Source: Minisyncoccota bacterium | GTDB lineage: Bacteria; Patescibacteriota; Minisyncoccia; Phycocordibacterales; XYD1-FULL-46-19 | NCBI GenBank assembly: GCA_041663165.1 | Contig: JBAZRF010000005.1 | Span: 502 to 64,501, forward strand | Length of the DNA stretch: 64,000 nucleotides | Direction: 5' to 3' | In this document: in pieces, positions 51,381 to 61,836 of the stretch | Layout: every line of letters begins with the position of its first letter | Numbering within the stretch: the stretch's first letter is position 1 | The notes under the pieces: generated by a model | Seen by the model: the letters and a program-made list of their open reading frames with translations, nothing else | The model's database searches: none | Told to the model about the DNA's origin: nothing | Program-made: the position numbers and the translations under genes

Positions 51381-51854
51381 TTATTTTTTACGATTCCGAC
51401 CTCTATGTGTTGGTTTTAGACTGTAACAATTGGGGCAGAGAACTCTTAAATTAGATAGTCGGTTGTCGTGCCTGTTTCCATTTATATGGTCTAACTCTAA
51501 TGGGAGTCGACCGTCCTCTGATCTTTTTGCCCAGCCACACTCTTCACATTGAGGCTCCTTTATTTTGGCAGAAAACAATCTATTTTTCAACTTAAAACTT
51601 TGGAAAGTGCTATTTGGAACAAGAATCTCGTTGAGAGGTATTGAAGTTTTGCCCGTCCCTTTTAAACCCTTATTCCAACCCTTTCCTGTAAAATGTTTGG
51701 TATTAAGAGACAGTTCCTTTATATATTTTTTTAGTTGGTCATAATTCCCGCCAGCTTCTTTTAGGTCTAATTCATGTAAAACCTGTCTATAGCTTGTGCA
51801 TTTTTTTACGGCGATTCTCAATTTCTCAATCGTCCAAGTTCGTTTCTTCGGCAT
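51381..51854 (-). CDS. Free-standing HNH endonuclease (homing-endonuclease-like), directly abutting tRNA-Leu(TAA).
   Basis: 'CEECGW...LELDHINGNRHDNRLSNLRVLCPNCYSLK' is an HNH motif with flanking Cys pairs. Confidence 0.6.
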   Translation of the reverse strand: MPKKRTWTIEKLRIAVKKCTSYRQVLHELDLKEAGGNYDQLKKYIKELSLNTKHFTGKGWNKGLKGTGKTSIPLNEILVPNSTFQSFKLKNRLFSAKIKEPQCEECGWAKRSEDGRLPLELDHINGNRHDNRLSNLRVLCPNCYSLKPTHRGRNRKK

Positions 51855-51964
51855 TACCTATATTATATCGTAATGGTAGAGGTAAGGAAAGTGGATAATT
51901 TTGCGTTTACCTAATAGTTTTGGGTATTTTAAAAATACAGTTTTTTTGCTAGACTTTAACTATC

Positions 51965-52034
51965 GGCCTGGTCGCCAAGTGGTAAGGCAAGGGTCTGCAA
52001 AACCCTTATACGGGAGTTCAATTCTCCCCCAGGC
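51965..52034 (+). tRNA. tRNA-Cys (anticodon GCA).
   Basis: 'GGCCTGGTCGCCAAGTGGTAAGGCAAGGGTCTGCAAAACCCTTATACGGGAGTTCAATTCTCCCCCAGGCCT' has anticodon stem agggt/accct, loop CTGCAAA, and T-arm gggag-ttcaatt-ctccc. Confidence 0.75.
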
Positions 52035-52035
52035 C

Positions 52036-52359
52036 TCAAATTTTTTCTAGAATCCCCTCGATTTTTTGGCGGTTTTTTTCGCCGGCATCAATTTCGAATT
52101 CGACGAAAGGGATGGTTTTCATTGGCAAGGCATCGGCAATAACCGAACGGAGTTCACTGCGCTTGCGCTTGGCAAATTCAAGCGCGGCGGTCTCGAAATT
52201 TTCGGGAAAGACGGTTATAAAAGCTGTGACATTTTTCAGGTCACGGCCAACCTCGCAATGGGTTACCGTTACGACCGATTGGGTATTAGCCTCTTTGTTT
52301 AGAAAGGCCGAAATTATTTCTTGCAATCTCCCTTCCACTTTTTCTTGTCTGAAAGTCAT
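52036..52359 (-). CDS. rbfA: Ribosome-binding factor A.
   Basis: The protein is 107 aa, with 'RLQEIISAFLNKE...VTVTHCEVGRDLKNVTAFITV', a KH-like RbfA pattern. It lies immediately downstream of infB. Confidence 0.7.
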   Translation of the reverse strand: MTFRQEKVEGRLQEIISAFLNKEANTQSVVTVTHCEVGRDLKNVTAFITVFPENFETAALEFAKRKRSELRSVIADALPMKTIPFVEFEIDAGEKNRQKIEGILEKI

Positions 52360-52387
52360 ATTTTTTGCCAGACGGGGTCTAGCGGAT

Positions 52388-53887
52388 TTATTTTGTTACA
52401 GTTTCAAAGACTTCAATATAGTCGCCCGGAGCAATTTCTATTTTGGCGTCAATCTCGGCGCCGAATTGGTTGTTTTCATCAACTTCATCTGCCTTAATTT
52501 TTTGCATTTGCAGGCTGACAATCTTGCCGCGGCCAATTTCGTTCTCGCGGCGCATAATCTTTACCTCCTTACCCTTGATCACTTTGCCTTGACCAACAAT
52601 GCCACCAACAATTTGCTTGTCGCCATTTGTGCCAAAAGTCTTTAAGATTTTAGCCTTACCCAGAAGTTCTTCAACTATCTGTTTGGGTGCGGCCCGCTTC
52701 ATCTCTTCTTCTAGCCATTCGGATAATTTATAGATAATATCTGATGTTTCTATTGTTGCCTGGCTTTTCTCAGCTAACGACAGGGCACTTTTCTCGGCTT
52801 TAACGCGAAAGCCCAAGATTTTGGCGTTAGGAAAGGCTTGGACGAGCTTTATGTCATTTTCGGTAATCGAACCAACTCCCAAGTCGATGATATTGAGATT
52901 TACATTTTCCACTTTTAATTTAGCCAGCTCTTTTTCGACGGCTTCAAGGGTGCCCGATACGTCAGCCTTAATGATGATTGGGAGGTTTATAACGCCGTCA
53001 GCCTCGCTCACGCTATTTAAAGTTCGGCGAAAATTTTCTTCAGCCGGAGCCGAGGCGGCAAAACTCTCGGCATCTTTTTTGTCGGCGAAAGCCTTAAAAG
53101 GAGCGCCAATTAGTGGTAATTTAGCAAAACCAAAAATATGGGATGGCGCGCTGAAGGTAAGTTCTTTAACTTGATTATCCAAAAAATCAGCCAAACGTTT
53201 AATTTTGGTTACTTCTTTGCCGATGACAATAAAATCACTCCCATGTAAGGTCCCGTTTTTAATGATGAAAGTAGCGGTTGTTCCGCTTCGCGGGTCGAGA
53301 TGAGTTTCTAACACAAAACCTTCGGCCCCGATTGAGGGGTCACCCTTAAGTTCCTCAAGTTCGGCCACTAAGAGGAGCAGGTCAAGTAATTCGTTTACGC
53401 CCGTTCCTTCTTTGGCCGAAATCAACGCCACCGGAATATTACCGCCATAACCCTCGACGAACACACCATTTTCGGCCAAGCTCTGTTTGGTTTTTTCGAT
53501 ATCAGCGGCCGGTTTGTCGATTTTATTAATAGCCACAACGAAGGGTGTGTTATGGTCTTTGATCGACTGCAAGGCTTCAAGGGTTTGGGCTTTGACGCCC
53601 TCCTCGGCGGAAACAATCAAAATGGCAATATCGGCAATTTGCGCCCCACGTTCGCGCATGGTGGTAAAAGCGGCATGGCCCGGGGTATCAACGAAGGTAA
53701 TCTTCTTGTTGTTATGGACCACTTCATAAGCGGTCGTGTGCTGAGTAATGCCGCCCGATTCCTTGTCAACAACATTAGTTTTGCGGATGTAGTCGAGGAG
53801 TTTTGATTTGCCATGATCAATATGCCCCATGACGGCAATCACTGGCGGACGCTCAACTAAACCGGTTTCAACGGTATTTTCACTCAT
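52388..53887 (-). CDS. infB: Translation initiation factor IF-2 (short form lacking the long N-terminal domains).
   Basis: 'VIAVMGHIDHGKSKLLDYIR', 'VDTPGHAAFTTMRERG' and 'NKIDK' are G-domain motifs, and the C-terminal beta-barrel domains are present. The protein is 499 aa. Confidence 0.85.
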   Translation of the reverse strand: MSENTVETGLVERPPVIAVMGHIDHGKSKLLDYIRKTNVVDKESGGITQHTTAYEVVHNNKKITFVDTPGHAAFTTMRERGAQIADIAILIVSAEEGVKAQTLEALQSIKDHNTPFVVAINKIDKPAADIEKTKQSLAENGVFVEGYGGNIPVALISAKEGTGVNELLDLLLLVAELEELKGDPSIGAEGFVLETHLDPRSGTTATFIIKNGTLHGSDFIVIGKEVTKIKRLADFLDNQVKELTFSAPSHIFGFAKLPLIGAPFKAFADKKDAESFAASAPAEENFRRTLNSVSEADGVINLPIIIKADVSGTLEAVEKELAKLKVENVNLNIIDLGVGSITENDIKLVQAFPNAKILGFRVKAEKSALSLAEKSQATIETSDIIYKLSEWLEEEMKRAAPKQIVEELLGKAKILKTFGTNGDKQIVGGIVGQGKVIKGKEVKIMRRENEIGRGKIVSLQMQKIKADEVDENNQFGAEIDAKIEIAPGDYIEVFETVTK

Positions 53888-53921
53888 AAGATTTAATTAA
53901 ACCAGAAAAAGCTTAAGATTA

Positions 53922-54380
53922 CTAGCTTAAGGCTTTGTTGATTACGTCTTTTTCTTCTTCAGAGAGTTCATATTCACTTTTACCTTCGGTGAGCGGTTTG
54001 GCATAAACACTCACTTTGTCTCGCGAATATAAACTAGAAATGACCACACCATCACCCTTTTCATTCATTAGGCAAGTGGCGAAACTTTGATTTCCACCCT
54101 GATCACGAAAAGGGTTAAAGCGGATGGTATGAATTTTTTGTAGGGCCTTAGCCAAACGCTCATTGATATTGTCAATTTCCTGGGCGATCATTTTTGTCCG
54201 TTCATCGAGCCGGCGCGCGGTTTTTACAAACTCATCAATTACGTCTTCAAAATCGTTGGCTCGCCGACCCGACAAGAGACGAGTAAGGCGCTTGTCTAAA
54301 ATCAACAAGCGGACCAATAAAAAAATAGTGATCACGATAAACCCAACAGTGACAATAAAAAGAGTGGTCAAATCAATCAT
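53922..54380 (-). CDS. Hypothetical single-TM protein (DUF4446-like).
   Basis: An N-terminal TM 'LFIVTVGFIVITIFLLVRLLIL' is followed by a coiled-coil-like region. Confidence 0.3.
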   Translation of the reverse strand: MIDLTTLFIVTVGFIVITIFLLVRLLILDKRLTRLLSGRRANDFEDVIDEFVKTARRLDERTKMIAQEIDNINERLAKALQKIHTIRFNPFRDQGGNQSFATCLMNEKGDGVVISSLYSRDKVSVYAKPLTEGKSEYELSEEEKDVINKALS

Positions 54381-54398
54381 TGGCCCATTATATAAAAT

Positions 54399-55745
54399 TT
54401 GTCATTTTTAAGCAAAAGGGCTTTATGGTACGATTACAAAATGAGACGAATTTACTGGGACACGGCGGCGGGGACGCCGATGGATAAAAGGGTGTTGAAA
54501 GCGATGTTGCCGTATTTAATGGGCAAGTTTGGCAATGCTAACAGTCTTCATCAGGAAGGGGTAGAAGCGCAAAAAGCGGTGGAGGGAGCACGAGCGAAAA
54601 TTGCCCAGATTCTTTTTGCGCACCCAGACGAAATTATTTTTACGGGTAGTGGAACGGAGAGTGACAATTTAGCGATTTTGGGTGTGGCGGAAGCTATCGG
54701 CGTGCGAAGTCCCATTTCGTTGCACGAAAAACGACTTCTCGCGCCCCGACCTGGCCATATAATCACTACCGCGATTGAACACAAGGCTATACTTGAACCC
54801 TGCCGGTATTTACAGAAAAAGGGCTACAAAGTTACTTATCTTAAGGTTGATAAAAATGGACAAATTGATTTGAAGGAGCTTAAAGAATCTTTAACCAAAG
54901 ATACTTTTTTGGTGTCAGTGATGATGGCGAATAATGAGATTGGTTCAATTCAGCCAATTAAAGAAGTGGCGAAAATCATTAGGCATTTTAAGAAGAATAC
55001 CCCTTCGACCGGTTCGACTTCGCTCACCACAAATCCGCTCAGGGTAAATACCCCGTATTTACATGTTGACGCTTGCCAAGCGCCGAGACTTTTGGATTTG
55101 AATGTTGAAAAATTGGGTGTTGATTTGATGACTTTCAATGGTTCAAAAATTTATGGACCAAAGGGTGTTGGCGCGCTTTATGTTCGGCGCGGGGTGATGC
55201 TTGCGCCAATCATCATGGGTGGGGGACAAGAACGGGGTTTAAGGTCGGGGACGCTAAATGTGGCGGGGATTGTTGGGCTGGCCGAAGCGCTCGCGATTTG
55301 TGCCAAGGAAAGGGGGAAAGAAGGCGCTCGTCTGTTTAAGTTGCAAAGCAAACTTATGGCCGAGCTTAAAAAAATAAAAAACCTAACAATTAATGGGCCA
55401 GAGGCTGTGAGAAATGCGACTTCAAGTGGGCCCGAAGTCGTTTTTCGCACAATTTCGCCCACATCGCTCCGCTTACCCAATAATATTAATTTTTCGGTTG
55501 GAGGCCTCGAAGGTGAGCAATTAGTAATCGAGCTTGATGCCAAGGGCTTTGCGGTTTCCAGCGGTAGTGCTTGCTCTCACGATAGTGGCGAAGGGTCGTA
55601 TACTATTCGGGCGATTGGCGGTTCGGAAGAACAAGTGGTCGGCGCTGTGCGTCTTAGCTTGGGCCGTGACGCCAAAACCAGCGATATTGCTCGTTTTACG
55701 AAGTCACTAAAAGAAATAATTGCGAAATACAAAATTAATACTTAG
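54399..55745 (+). CDS. Cysteine desulfurase family protein (class V aminotransferase fold, NifS/IscS-like) with an internal insertion.
   Basis: 'RIYWDTAAGTPMDKRVLKAMLPYL...FGNANSLHQEG', 'FNGSKIYGPKGVGALYVR' (PLP-Lys region) and 'SSGSACSHDSGEGSY' (active-site Cys loop) are present. Confidence 0.7.
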   Translation: MSFLSKRALWYDYKMRRIYWDTAAGTPMDKRVLKAMLPYLMGKFGNANSLHQEGVEAQKAVEGARAKIAQILFAHPDEIIFTGSGTESDNLAILGVAEAIGVRSPISLHEKRLLAPRPGHIITTAIEHKAILEPCRYLQKKGYKVTYLKVDKNGQIDLKELKESLTKDTFLVSVMMANNEIGSIQPIKEVAKIIRHFKKNTPSTGSTSLTTNPLRVNTPYLHVDACQAPRLLDLNVEKLGVDLMTFNGSKIYGPKGVGALYVRRGVMLAPIIMGGGQERGLRSGTLNVAGIVGLAEALAICAKERGKEGARLFKLQSKLMAELKKIKNLTINGPEAVRNATSSGPEVVFRTISPTSLRLPNNINFSVGGLEGEQLVIELDAKGFAVSSGSACSHDSGEGSYTIRAIGGSEEQVVGAVRLSLGRDAKTSDIARFTKSLKEIIAKYKINT

Positions 55746-55776
55746 TTAATAGTTAAAAGTTTAGACTTAACCTATT

Positions 55777-56406
55777 ATGTATACACTACCAAAATTGCCC
55801 TACGATTATAATGCGCTCGAACCGTTTGTCGACGAGGCGACGATGCGCTTGCATCATGGCAAACATCATCAAGCTTATTGTGATAAATTAAACGCGACTC
55901 TCGAAAAATATCCTGATTTGATGACTAATCCGGCGGAGGAATTGCTGGTTAAACTAAATGACTTGCCCGAGGAAATTAGGGTGGGAGTCAGAAATTTTGG
56001 TGGCGGTTATGTTAATCATAATTTCTTTTGGCAGATTTTAAACATACCCAAAGAAAATAATTTACTTGACCAGCCGGGGCCCGTCGGCGGATTGGCAAAA
56101 AAAATTGATGAACAGTTCGGCAGTTTTGCCGACTTCAAAAAACAATTGAGTGACAGGGCGATCGGTCTATTCGGTTCAGGTTGGGCGTGGCTGGTTTTTG
56201 ATAAAGGTAAATTGGCAATCACCACGACTATTAATCAAGATTCTCCGCTTTCTCTTGGTCAAATTTCATTATTAACGATTGATGTTTGGGAACACGCTTA
56301 TTATTTGAAGTACCAAAATCGCCGAGCGGAATATGTTGAGGCGATCTGGTCAGTTTTTAATTGGTTCAAAATCGCAGAGAATTATGATCTGGCTTTAAAA
56401 TCCTAA
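55777..56406 (+). CDS. sodA: Fe/Mn superoxide dismutase.
   Basis: 'LPKLPYDYNALEPFVDEATMRLHHGKHHQAY' and 'DVWEHAYYLKYQNRRAEY' are present. Confidence 0.85.
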   Translation: MYTLPKLPYDYNALEPFVDEATMRLHHGKHHQAYCDKLNATLEKYPDLMTNPAEELLVKLNDLPEEIRVGVRNFGGGYVNHNFFWQILNIPKENNLLDQPGPVGGLAKKIDEQFGSFADFKKQLSDRAIGLFGSGWAWLVFDKGKLAITTTINQDSPLSLGQISLLTIDVWEHAYYLKYQNRRAEYVEAIWSVFNWFKIAENYDLALKS

Positions 56407-56487
56407 AAGTGCTATAATTCACCCTATAGAGTAATGATGCTTTAGCATCATAAAATTATGAATAATTTTTACTCAATAGGGTAAAAT

Positions 56488-57276
56488 ATGGACATTAAGG
56501 ATTTAAATCGAAGCCAATTTTTGTTGTTGCTCTTGTTGATTATGCTGGTTACCTCGATTACTACCGCCGTTGTAACAGTTACCTTATTTGATCAAACGCC
56601 CAAGGCGGGGATTGTCAATACTGTTAATCGGGTTATCGAACGAGTAATCCCTGGTGCCACAACCACGGTAATAAAGATCGTCAAAGAAGCGCCGACTGTC
56701 AGTGAGGGAGAACAAATTGTTAAAGCCACCGAATCGGTTTCTCCTGCCGTGATAAAATTGGTTAACAAAACCGACAAGGGAAGCGAAAATCTTGGTACCG
56801 GCTTCATTATTCGCGACGGCCTGGTGGTCACCGCCCTTAAAAATATTCCGAGCGATTTGACTGGCGTTAATCTCGAGGTGGTAAGAAATACGACCGTCTC
56901 CTTGGCCGAGGTTTTGTCACGAGATGTTGATAATAATATTGTTTTCATTAGGTTTACGGCCACCAGCACTCTTTCGGTTGGTAACCTAACTCTAAGTGAT
57001 AAGTCTCCGACCAATGGCCAAACCAGCGTTGCCCTGTCTTATTCAGACAGTGGCAATCCGGATATCATGATCGGTTTAATTATGGGTCTAATAAATGCCA
57101 CCTCTTCAACCACACCGAACCAAAGTGTTGATCTCATTCGTACTGGCTCAGTGATTGGTGATAATATTGGCGGACCGGTGGTCGGCTTGGATGGCAAGGT
57201 GATCGGGATCGGGATTTCTCGTGGCTATGCCTTGGCTGCTCCGGCACTGAAGGCTCTGGTTGACCAAATAAAATAG
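56488..57276 (+). CDS. Trypsin/HtrA-like fold protein with substituted catalytic residues (probable pseudoprotease), membrane anchored.
   Basis: 'GTGFIIRDGLVVTALKN' has Lys where the catalytic His is expected in 'TNAHV'. 'GDNIGGPVVGLDGKVIGI' has Asn/Ile where 'GDSGGP' is expected. Confidence 0.4.
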   Translation: MDIKDLNRSQFLLLLLLIMLVTSITTAVVTVTLFDQTPKAGIVNTVNRVIERVIPGATTTVIKIVKEAPTVSEGEQIVKATESVSPAVIKLVNKTDKGSENLGTGFIIRDGLVVTALKNIPSDLTGVNLEVVRNTTVSLAEVLSRDVDNNIVFIRFTATSTLSVGNLTLSDKSPTNGQTSVALSYSDSGNPDIMIGLIMGLINATSSTTPNQSVDLIRTGSVIGDNIGGPVVGLDGKVIGIGISRGYALAAPALKALVDQIK

Positions 57277-57308
57277 TTGTTGTATGATTAGCGAAAAAAT
57301 AAATAATT

Positions 57309-59990
57309 ATGCCCCCATTTCAAAACTTTACAACCAAAGCGCGCGAGGCCATTCGCCGAGCTCATGAATTAGCGATCGAGCGTGGCCAGAACCAAGTCAA
57401 CCCATTTCATTTGTTGGCAGCTTTGCTCGTTCAAGAGGAGAGTTTGGTTGTTTCGATTCTTGATAAACTTGAGATCGATTCTCTTGCTTTGACTGAGCAT
57501 GTTATCGATAGTATCGAGGCCTTTGGTGGTGGCAATGTGATGAGTCCGTCTTATCAAATTTACCTTACGCCAGATTTGGTCAAGGTTTTTGACACCTCAG
57601 CCAAAGTCGCTAGTAGTTTAAACGAAGATTTTGTTTCGACTGAGCATTTGCTCATTGCTCTACTTGATGTACCAAGCGCGGCGCGCGATTTGCTTACTCG
57701 TTTTAAAGTTGCCCGCGAGGCGATCCTTAATGTTGTTGATGAAATAAAATCTGGCAAAATTTCGCCCCTCGGCTCTAATAAAAAACTTAAGGCCATTGAG
57801 AAGTTTACCAAAAATCTTACCGACTTGGCTCGGGCTGACAAACTCGATCCGGTTATCGGTCGCGAAGAAGAGATTCGGCGGGTAATGGAAATTCTCTCGC
57901 GGCGAACTAAAAATAATCCAGTCTTGGTTGGCGAAGCTGGTACTGGCAAGACAGCGATTGTTGAAGGTTTGGCCATCAGGATTGCCAAGGGCGAAGCTCC
58001 CGAATCCTTACGCGATCGCGAAATTGTCTCACTCGACCTGGGGATGCTCTTGGCGGGCACCAAATATCGTGGCGAATTTGAGGAACGTCTGAAGAATATT
58101 ATTAAAGAGATTGAAAAATCTGACGGGCGAATAATTTTGTTTATTGACGAGATTCACACTATCGTCGGCGCGGGAGCGGCCGAAGGGGCGATTGATGCTT
58201 CAAATATGTTAAAACCGGCGCTGGCCCGCGGCGATTTGCGGACGATTGGCGCGACCACGATCAAAGAATATCAAAAATATATCGAAAAAGATCAGGCGCT
58301 AACCCGTCGCTTTCAGCCGGTGACAGTGGAAGAGCCAAGCATTGAAGATGCGGTGACTATTCTGCGCGGACTCAAAGATAAATATGAACTTCACCACGGC
58401 GTTCATATTACCGATGACGCCATAATTTCGGCGGTAAATCTCGCTAGCCGTTACATTACTGATCGCTTCTTACCCGACAAGGCAATTGACCTGATCGATG
58501 AGGCCGCGAGCGCTCTGCGTTTACAACTAGAAAATAAGCCGGCCGCGCTTGAAGATGGCGAGCGTAAGATTATGCGTCTTGAAGTAGAAAAGGAGGCTCT
58601 TAAAAAAGAGGTGGAGCTATCGGATAAGAAGAGTGCTAAAACTCGAATTAAAGAAATTGACAAAAGTATCAGTGAGTTAAAAGAAAAAATTAGCGAGCTT
58701 GAGCTAAAGTGGAAAAACGAGAAACAGCTGATCGGCGAAATTCGCAATTCTAAGGCCGAGATTGAGAAACTACGCCTTGAGGCGGGTCATGCCGAACTCC
58801 GGGCCGATCTGTCAAGAGCGGCCGAGATATTGTATGGTCGTTTGCCAGAAATTCAAAAAAATCTCAAAGCGAAAGAGTTAAGGTTAAAGAGGTTACAAAG
58901 TGCTCGCAAAATCTTGAAAGAGGAGGTTGGTGACGAAGAGGTGGCCAAAGTGGTTTCGCGCTGGACGGGTATCCCGGTTACGCGCATGCTTGAAGAAGAA
59001 ACCAATAAACTTATTCGGATGAAAGAGGAGGTGAGAAAGCGTGTCTGTGGCCAAGATGAGGCCGTCCTGAAGGTTGCTGAGGCCGTTCAACGCTCTCGCG
59101 CCGGTGTGGCTGATCCCGATCGACCGATTGGCTCATTTATGTTTTTGGGCCCATCGGGTGTTGGTAAGACTGAACTTGCTCGGGCGCTGGCCGGTTTTCT
59201 CTTTAATGACGAAAAGGCGTTAATCCGGGTGGACATGTCTGAATATATGGAGAAATACTCCGTATCAAAATTGATTGGCTCGCCAGCTGGTTATGTTGGC
59301 TATGAAGAGGGTGGTCATCTAACTGAGATGGTACGCCACCGTCCCTACTCGATCCTTTTGTTTGACGAGGTGGAAAAGGCTCATCCCGAAGTTTTTAACG
59401 TTTTACTTCAGGTGCTTGATAATGGCCGTTTAACCGACGCTAAAGGGCGAACCGTCAACTTTAAAAATACCATCATTATTCTTACTTCAAATATTGGTAG
59501 TCAGTTTATCAAAAATTATCAGCGTATTGGTTTTGCTCGCGGCGATGGCGAACAGGGTTATGGTGAAGTTAAAGAAAAAATTCAAGATAGCCTGCGTGAT
59601 CATTTTCGCCCTGAATTCTTAAATCGGCTTGATGAGATCGTAGTTTTTAATCCGCTGTCGGTTGATGTTTTGCGAGAGATTGTCGATTTACAATTAGACA
59701 TTGTTCGCGACCGCCTGCTGAAGAAGGGGATTAAACTTGAAATTACCGATGAGGTGATGAACTTTTTGGCTAAAGAGGGTTATAGCCCAGAATATGGTGC
59801 GCGACCCTTGAAACGCTTGATTCAGAATAAAATTCTTAATCCGGTGGCGCAATTTATCATTGGCCGGCGCGTCGAAGGCGGAGGCATCGTGACAGTCTCG
59901 CTTAAAGATGGTGAACCGCTGGTTGAATTAACCAAATCAGTAAAATCTAAAATAAGACCACGAACCAATAATAAAATCGAGTCTAACTAG
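57309..59990 (+). CDS. clpB: Chaperone ClpB (two AAA+ modules plus the middle coiled-coil domain).
   Basis: The Clp N-domain is followed by '[18 protein letters not shown]' (NBD1 Walker A) and '[17 protein letters not shown]' (NBD2 Walker A), with a long coiled-coil M-domain between them. Confidence 0.9.
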   Translation: MPPFQNFTTKAREAIRRAHELAIERGQNQVNPFHLLAALLVQEESLVVSILDKLEIDSLALTEHVIDSIEAFGGGNVMSPSYQIYLTPDLVKVFDTSAKVASSLNEDFVSTEHLLIALLDVPSAARDLLTRFKVAREAILNVVDEIKSGKISPLGSNKKLKAIEKFTKNLTDLARADKLDPVIGREEEIRRVMEILSRRTKNNPVLVGEAGTGKTAIVEGLAIRIAKGEAPESLRDREIVSLDLGMLLAGTKYRGEFEERLKNIIKEIEKSDGRIILFIDEIHTIVGAGAAEGAIDASNMLKPALARGDLRTIGATTIKEYQKYIEKDQALTRRFQPVTVEEPSIEDAVTILRGLKDKYELHHGVHITDDAIISAVNLASRYITDRFLPDKAIDLIDEAASALRLQLENKPAALEDGERKIMRLEVEKEALKKEVELSDKKSAKTRIKEIDKSISELKEKISELELKWKNEKQLIGEIRNSKAEIEKLRLEAGHAELRADLSRAAEILYGRLPEIQKNLKAKELRLKRLQSARKILKEEVGDEEVAKVVSRWTGIPVTRMLEEETNKLIRMKEEVRKRVCGQDEAVLKVAEAVQRSRAGVADPDRPIGSFMFLGPSGVGKTELARALAGFLFNDEKALIRVDMSEYMEKYSVSKLIGSPAGYVGYEEGGHLTEMVRHRPYSILLFDEVEKAHPEVFNVLLQVLDNGRLTDAKGRTVNFKNTIIILTSNIGSQFIKNYQRIGFARGDGEQGYGEVKEKIQDSLRDHFRPEFLNRLDEIVVFNPLSVDVLREIVDLQLDIVRDRLLKKGIKLEITDEVMNFLAKEGYSPEYGARPLKRLIQNKILNPVAQFIIGRRVEGGGIVTVSLKDGEPLVELTKSVKSKIRPRTNNKIESN

Positions 59991-60048
59991 TTATGTTTTA
60001 CTTTGTATTGCCGGGAGGGACTTTTTAAGCTAATATTTAGGAGTTATT

Positions 60049-60135
60049 GCGTAGGTGGCGGAGTGGTCAATCGCAACTGACTGTAAATCAGTCGCCCATT
60101 GGGCTACGGAGGTTCGAATCCTCCCCTGCGCACCA
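60049..60135 (+). tRNA. tRNA-Tyr (anticodon GTA), with a long variable arm; CCA encoded.
   Basis: 'GCGTAGGTGGCGGAGTGGTCAATCGCAACTGACTGTAAATCAGTCGCCCATTGGGCTACGGAGGTTCGAATCCTCCCCTGCGCACCA' has anticodon loop CTGTAAA. Confidence 0.8.
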
Positions 60136-60251
60136 AAATATAATACTTGACATATTGTCAAGTTTAGTATATACTCAACAACAGGTCTAAGTATGGGCAA
60201 TTTCGCCTATTTTTTGTTGTTTTTTGGCATAAGGAAAGAAAGGAGGTTCTC

Positions 60252-60527
60252 GTGAAGAACCTGGTTATCGTAGTTTTGGTTATATTGGTGTCGGCGTTGG
60301 TACTAGCTCTCGGGTGGACTTCATGTCCACTTCGTGTGCCAGTGCCAGCGGTGACGGTGCCAACAGTGTTGACGGCGGCTCCGATTTCCATTGGCGAAAA
60401 ACCGGTCTCCGGACCGGTAGCAGTAACGACTAAGGCGCCTGTCGCGCCAGAGTCGGAAACGGATCGAGTGCTCAAGGAGTTGGGCTTCCGTCCGTCGAAT
60501 CAACTCAGCAAGATCACAGTGAAGTAA
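60252..60527 (+). CDS. Small secreted hypothetical protein (high GC).
   Basis: A signal peptide 'MKNLVIVVLVILVSALVLALG'; the protein is Pro/Val/Thr-rich and 91 aa. Confidence 0.3.
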   Translation: MKNLVIVVLVILVSALVLALGWTSCPLRVPVPAVTVPTVLTAAPISIGEKPVSGPVAVTTKAPVAPESETDRVLKELGFRPSNQLSKITVK

Positions 60528-60547
60528 ACAGCGAGGAGAAGACCGAA

Positions 60548-61693
60548 ATGAAGAAGACAGTGGTGTTGGGTGTGGCGATGTTTGCGTTGTTGTTGTGCGG
60601 TGTGGGTTGGGCTCAGACGAGCACGGTTCCGACGGAATCGACGGCTGTTACGCCCGTGGTGGCCAGTTCGGGGAACAGCGAGGCGATTGCCCGCGCGTTC
60701 CTGTCGAAGGATGTGACCAGTTATTACGGCTGGCTCAACTTCTTGCGCGTGTCCGTCGCGGGCGGTTCGCAATGGGTGTCGGGGAGTTTCGAGATGACGA
60801 AAGACGGCTGGATAAGCAGTCTCGTCATTGATGGAACAATCGTGCCCTTGCCCGACGGCGAACCGTTTGCCGGGTTGCCGATTAACCAGGCCGGAAGCGC
60901 GACACAATTCAGCGTTAGCTTGAGCGGCGTGGATGCCGGAGGCCGGTACGTGGTCAACGGCAGTTTCTACACGTCTCTGCTGTCACCGGGCGATCCCATC
61001 GTGATTGTCTTGCATCCAAACAACGAGGACCGGTTCATCCCGTACACCGTTCCGGCGGGGGTTGATCCGAGTAATCTGCGGATCCGGACGCAAGACGGAA
61101 ACATTTGGACCTACGATTCGACACGTGATGGATTTGATCTGTGGGTTGACCCGGCCTATCCCAGTATGACGTACGAGATTTTCGACGTTTCAACTGGGGC
61201 GATCTACTCACGCGGGGTGATCGATGACAACGGCATCGACGGTTCGGCTGGCGAGAACATCATCAGCACGACCTATGCGGGTGTCTCGGCCATGTTGATG
61301 GATCCCCTGAAGTTCTGGGACAATATCCAGTCGACGACGCTCGACAACTCGGTCGAGCGCGACGGCAGGTTTGTGCCGGCCAAGGTCGTCATGGCTCGGG
61401 CCTATGGCCAAGCGATAACGATCCAAGTAAACGATCTCCCTGGCGATGGGCTTGTTGAAGTTCGGGCCTGGACGCCGTTCGGGCAGGAGATGCCCGTCAT
61501 CTCCTCAACTCTTGCCGTGTATGTGGCTCCCGAGGACGGTGGCCGAGGCAAGGCCTATGCTGGAGGCGGTTACTATTACGCCAACCTCAATACGCCGGTA
61601 GGCTATGATCGCCTGGTGATTACTATTACCGGCACGGCCGATGGACAGCCCTTCGACGTCTACCTCTCACGGGGTGGCGGCGGCAAGGGCTGA
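60548..61693 (+). CDS. Secreted hypothetical protein (high GC, about 58%).
   Basis: A signal peptide 'MKKTVVLGVAMFALLLCGVGWA'; the protein is 381 aa with no recognisable catalytic motif. Confidence 0.35.
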   Translation: MKKTVVLGVAMFALLLCGVGWAQTSTVPTESTAVTPVVASSGNSEAIARAFLSKDVTSYYGWLNFLRVSVAGGSQWVSGSFEMTKDGWISSLVIDGTIVPLPDGEPFAGLPINQAGSATQFSVSLSGVDAGGRYVVNGSFYTSLLSPGDPIVIVLHPNNEDRFIPYTVPAGVDPSNLRIRTQDGNIWTYDSTRDGFDLWVDPAYPSMTYEIFDVSTGAIYSRGVIDDNGIDGSAGENIISTTYAGVSAMLMDPLKFWDNIQSTTLDNSVERDGRFVPAKVVMARAYGQAITIQVNDLPGDGLVEVRAWTPFGQEMPVISSTLAVYVAPEDGGRGKAYAGGGYYYANLNTPVGYDRLVITITGTADGQPFDVYLSRGGGGKG

Positions 61694-61736
61694 TCACCCT
61701 GAACGATCGAGTAGTTAACTTCCTTCAACCTTAACC

Positions 61737-61776
61737 CAACCCGTGGCGCGTTTCGTGCCGCGGGTTGCTTTTTTTA
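61737..61776 (+). terminator. Rho-independent terminator (GC-rich hairpin 'acccgtggcgcg...cgcgggt' followed by a T8 run).
   Basis: 'aacccgtggcgcgtttcgtgccgcgggttgcttttttta' was read directly, downstream of the 60548..61693 ORF. Confidence 0.5.
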
Positions 61777-61836
61777 TAAAAATCAGTTATATTTACAGGG
61801 CTAAACCCCTCGACAAGCTCGGGGCAAGTAAAAGTT

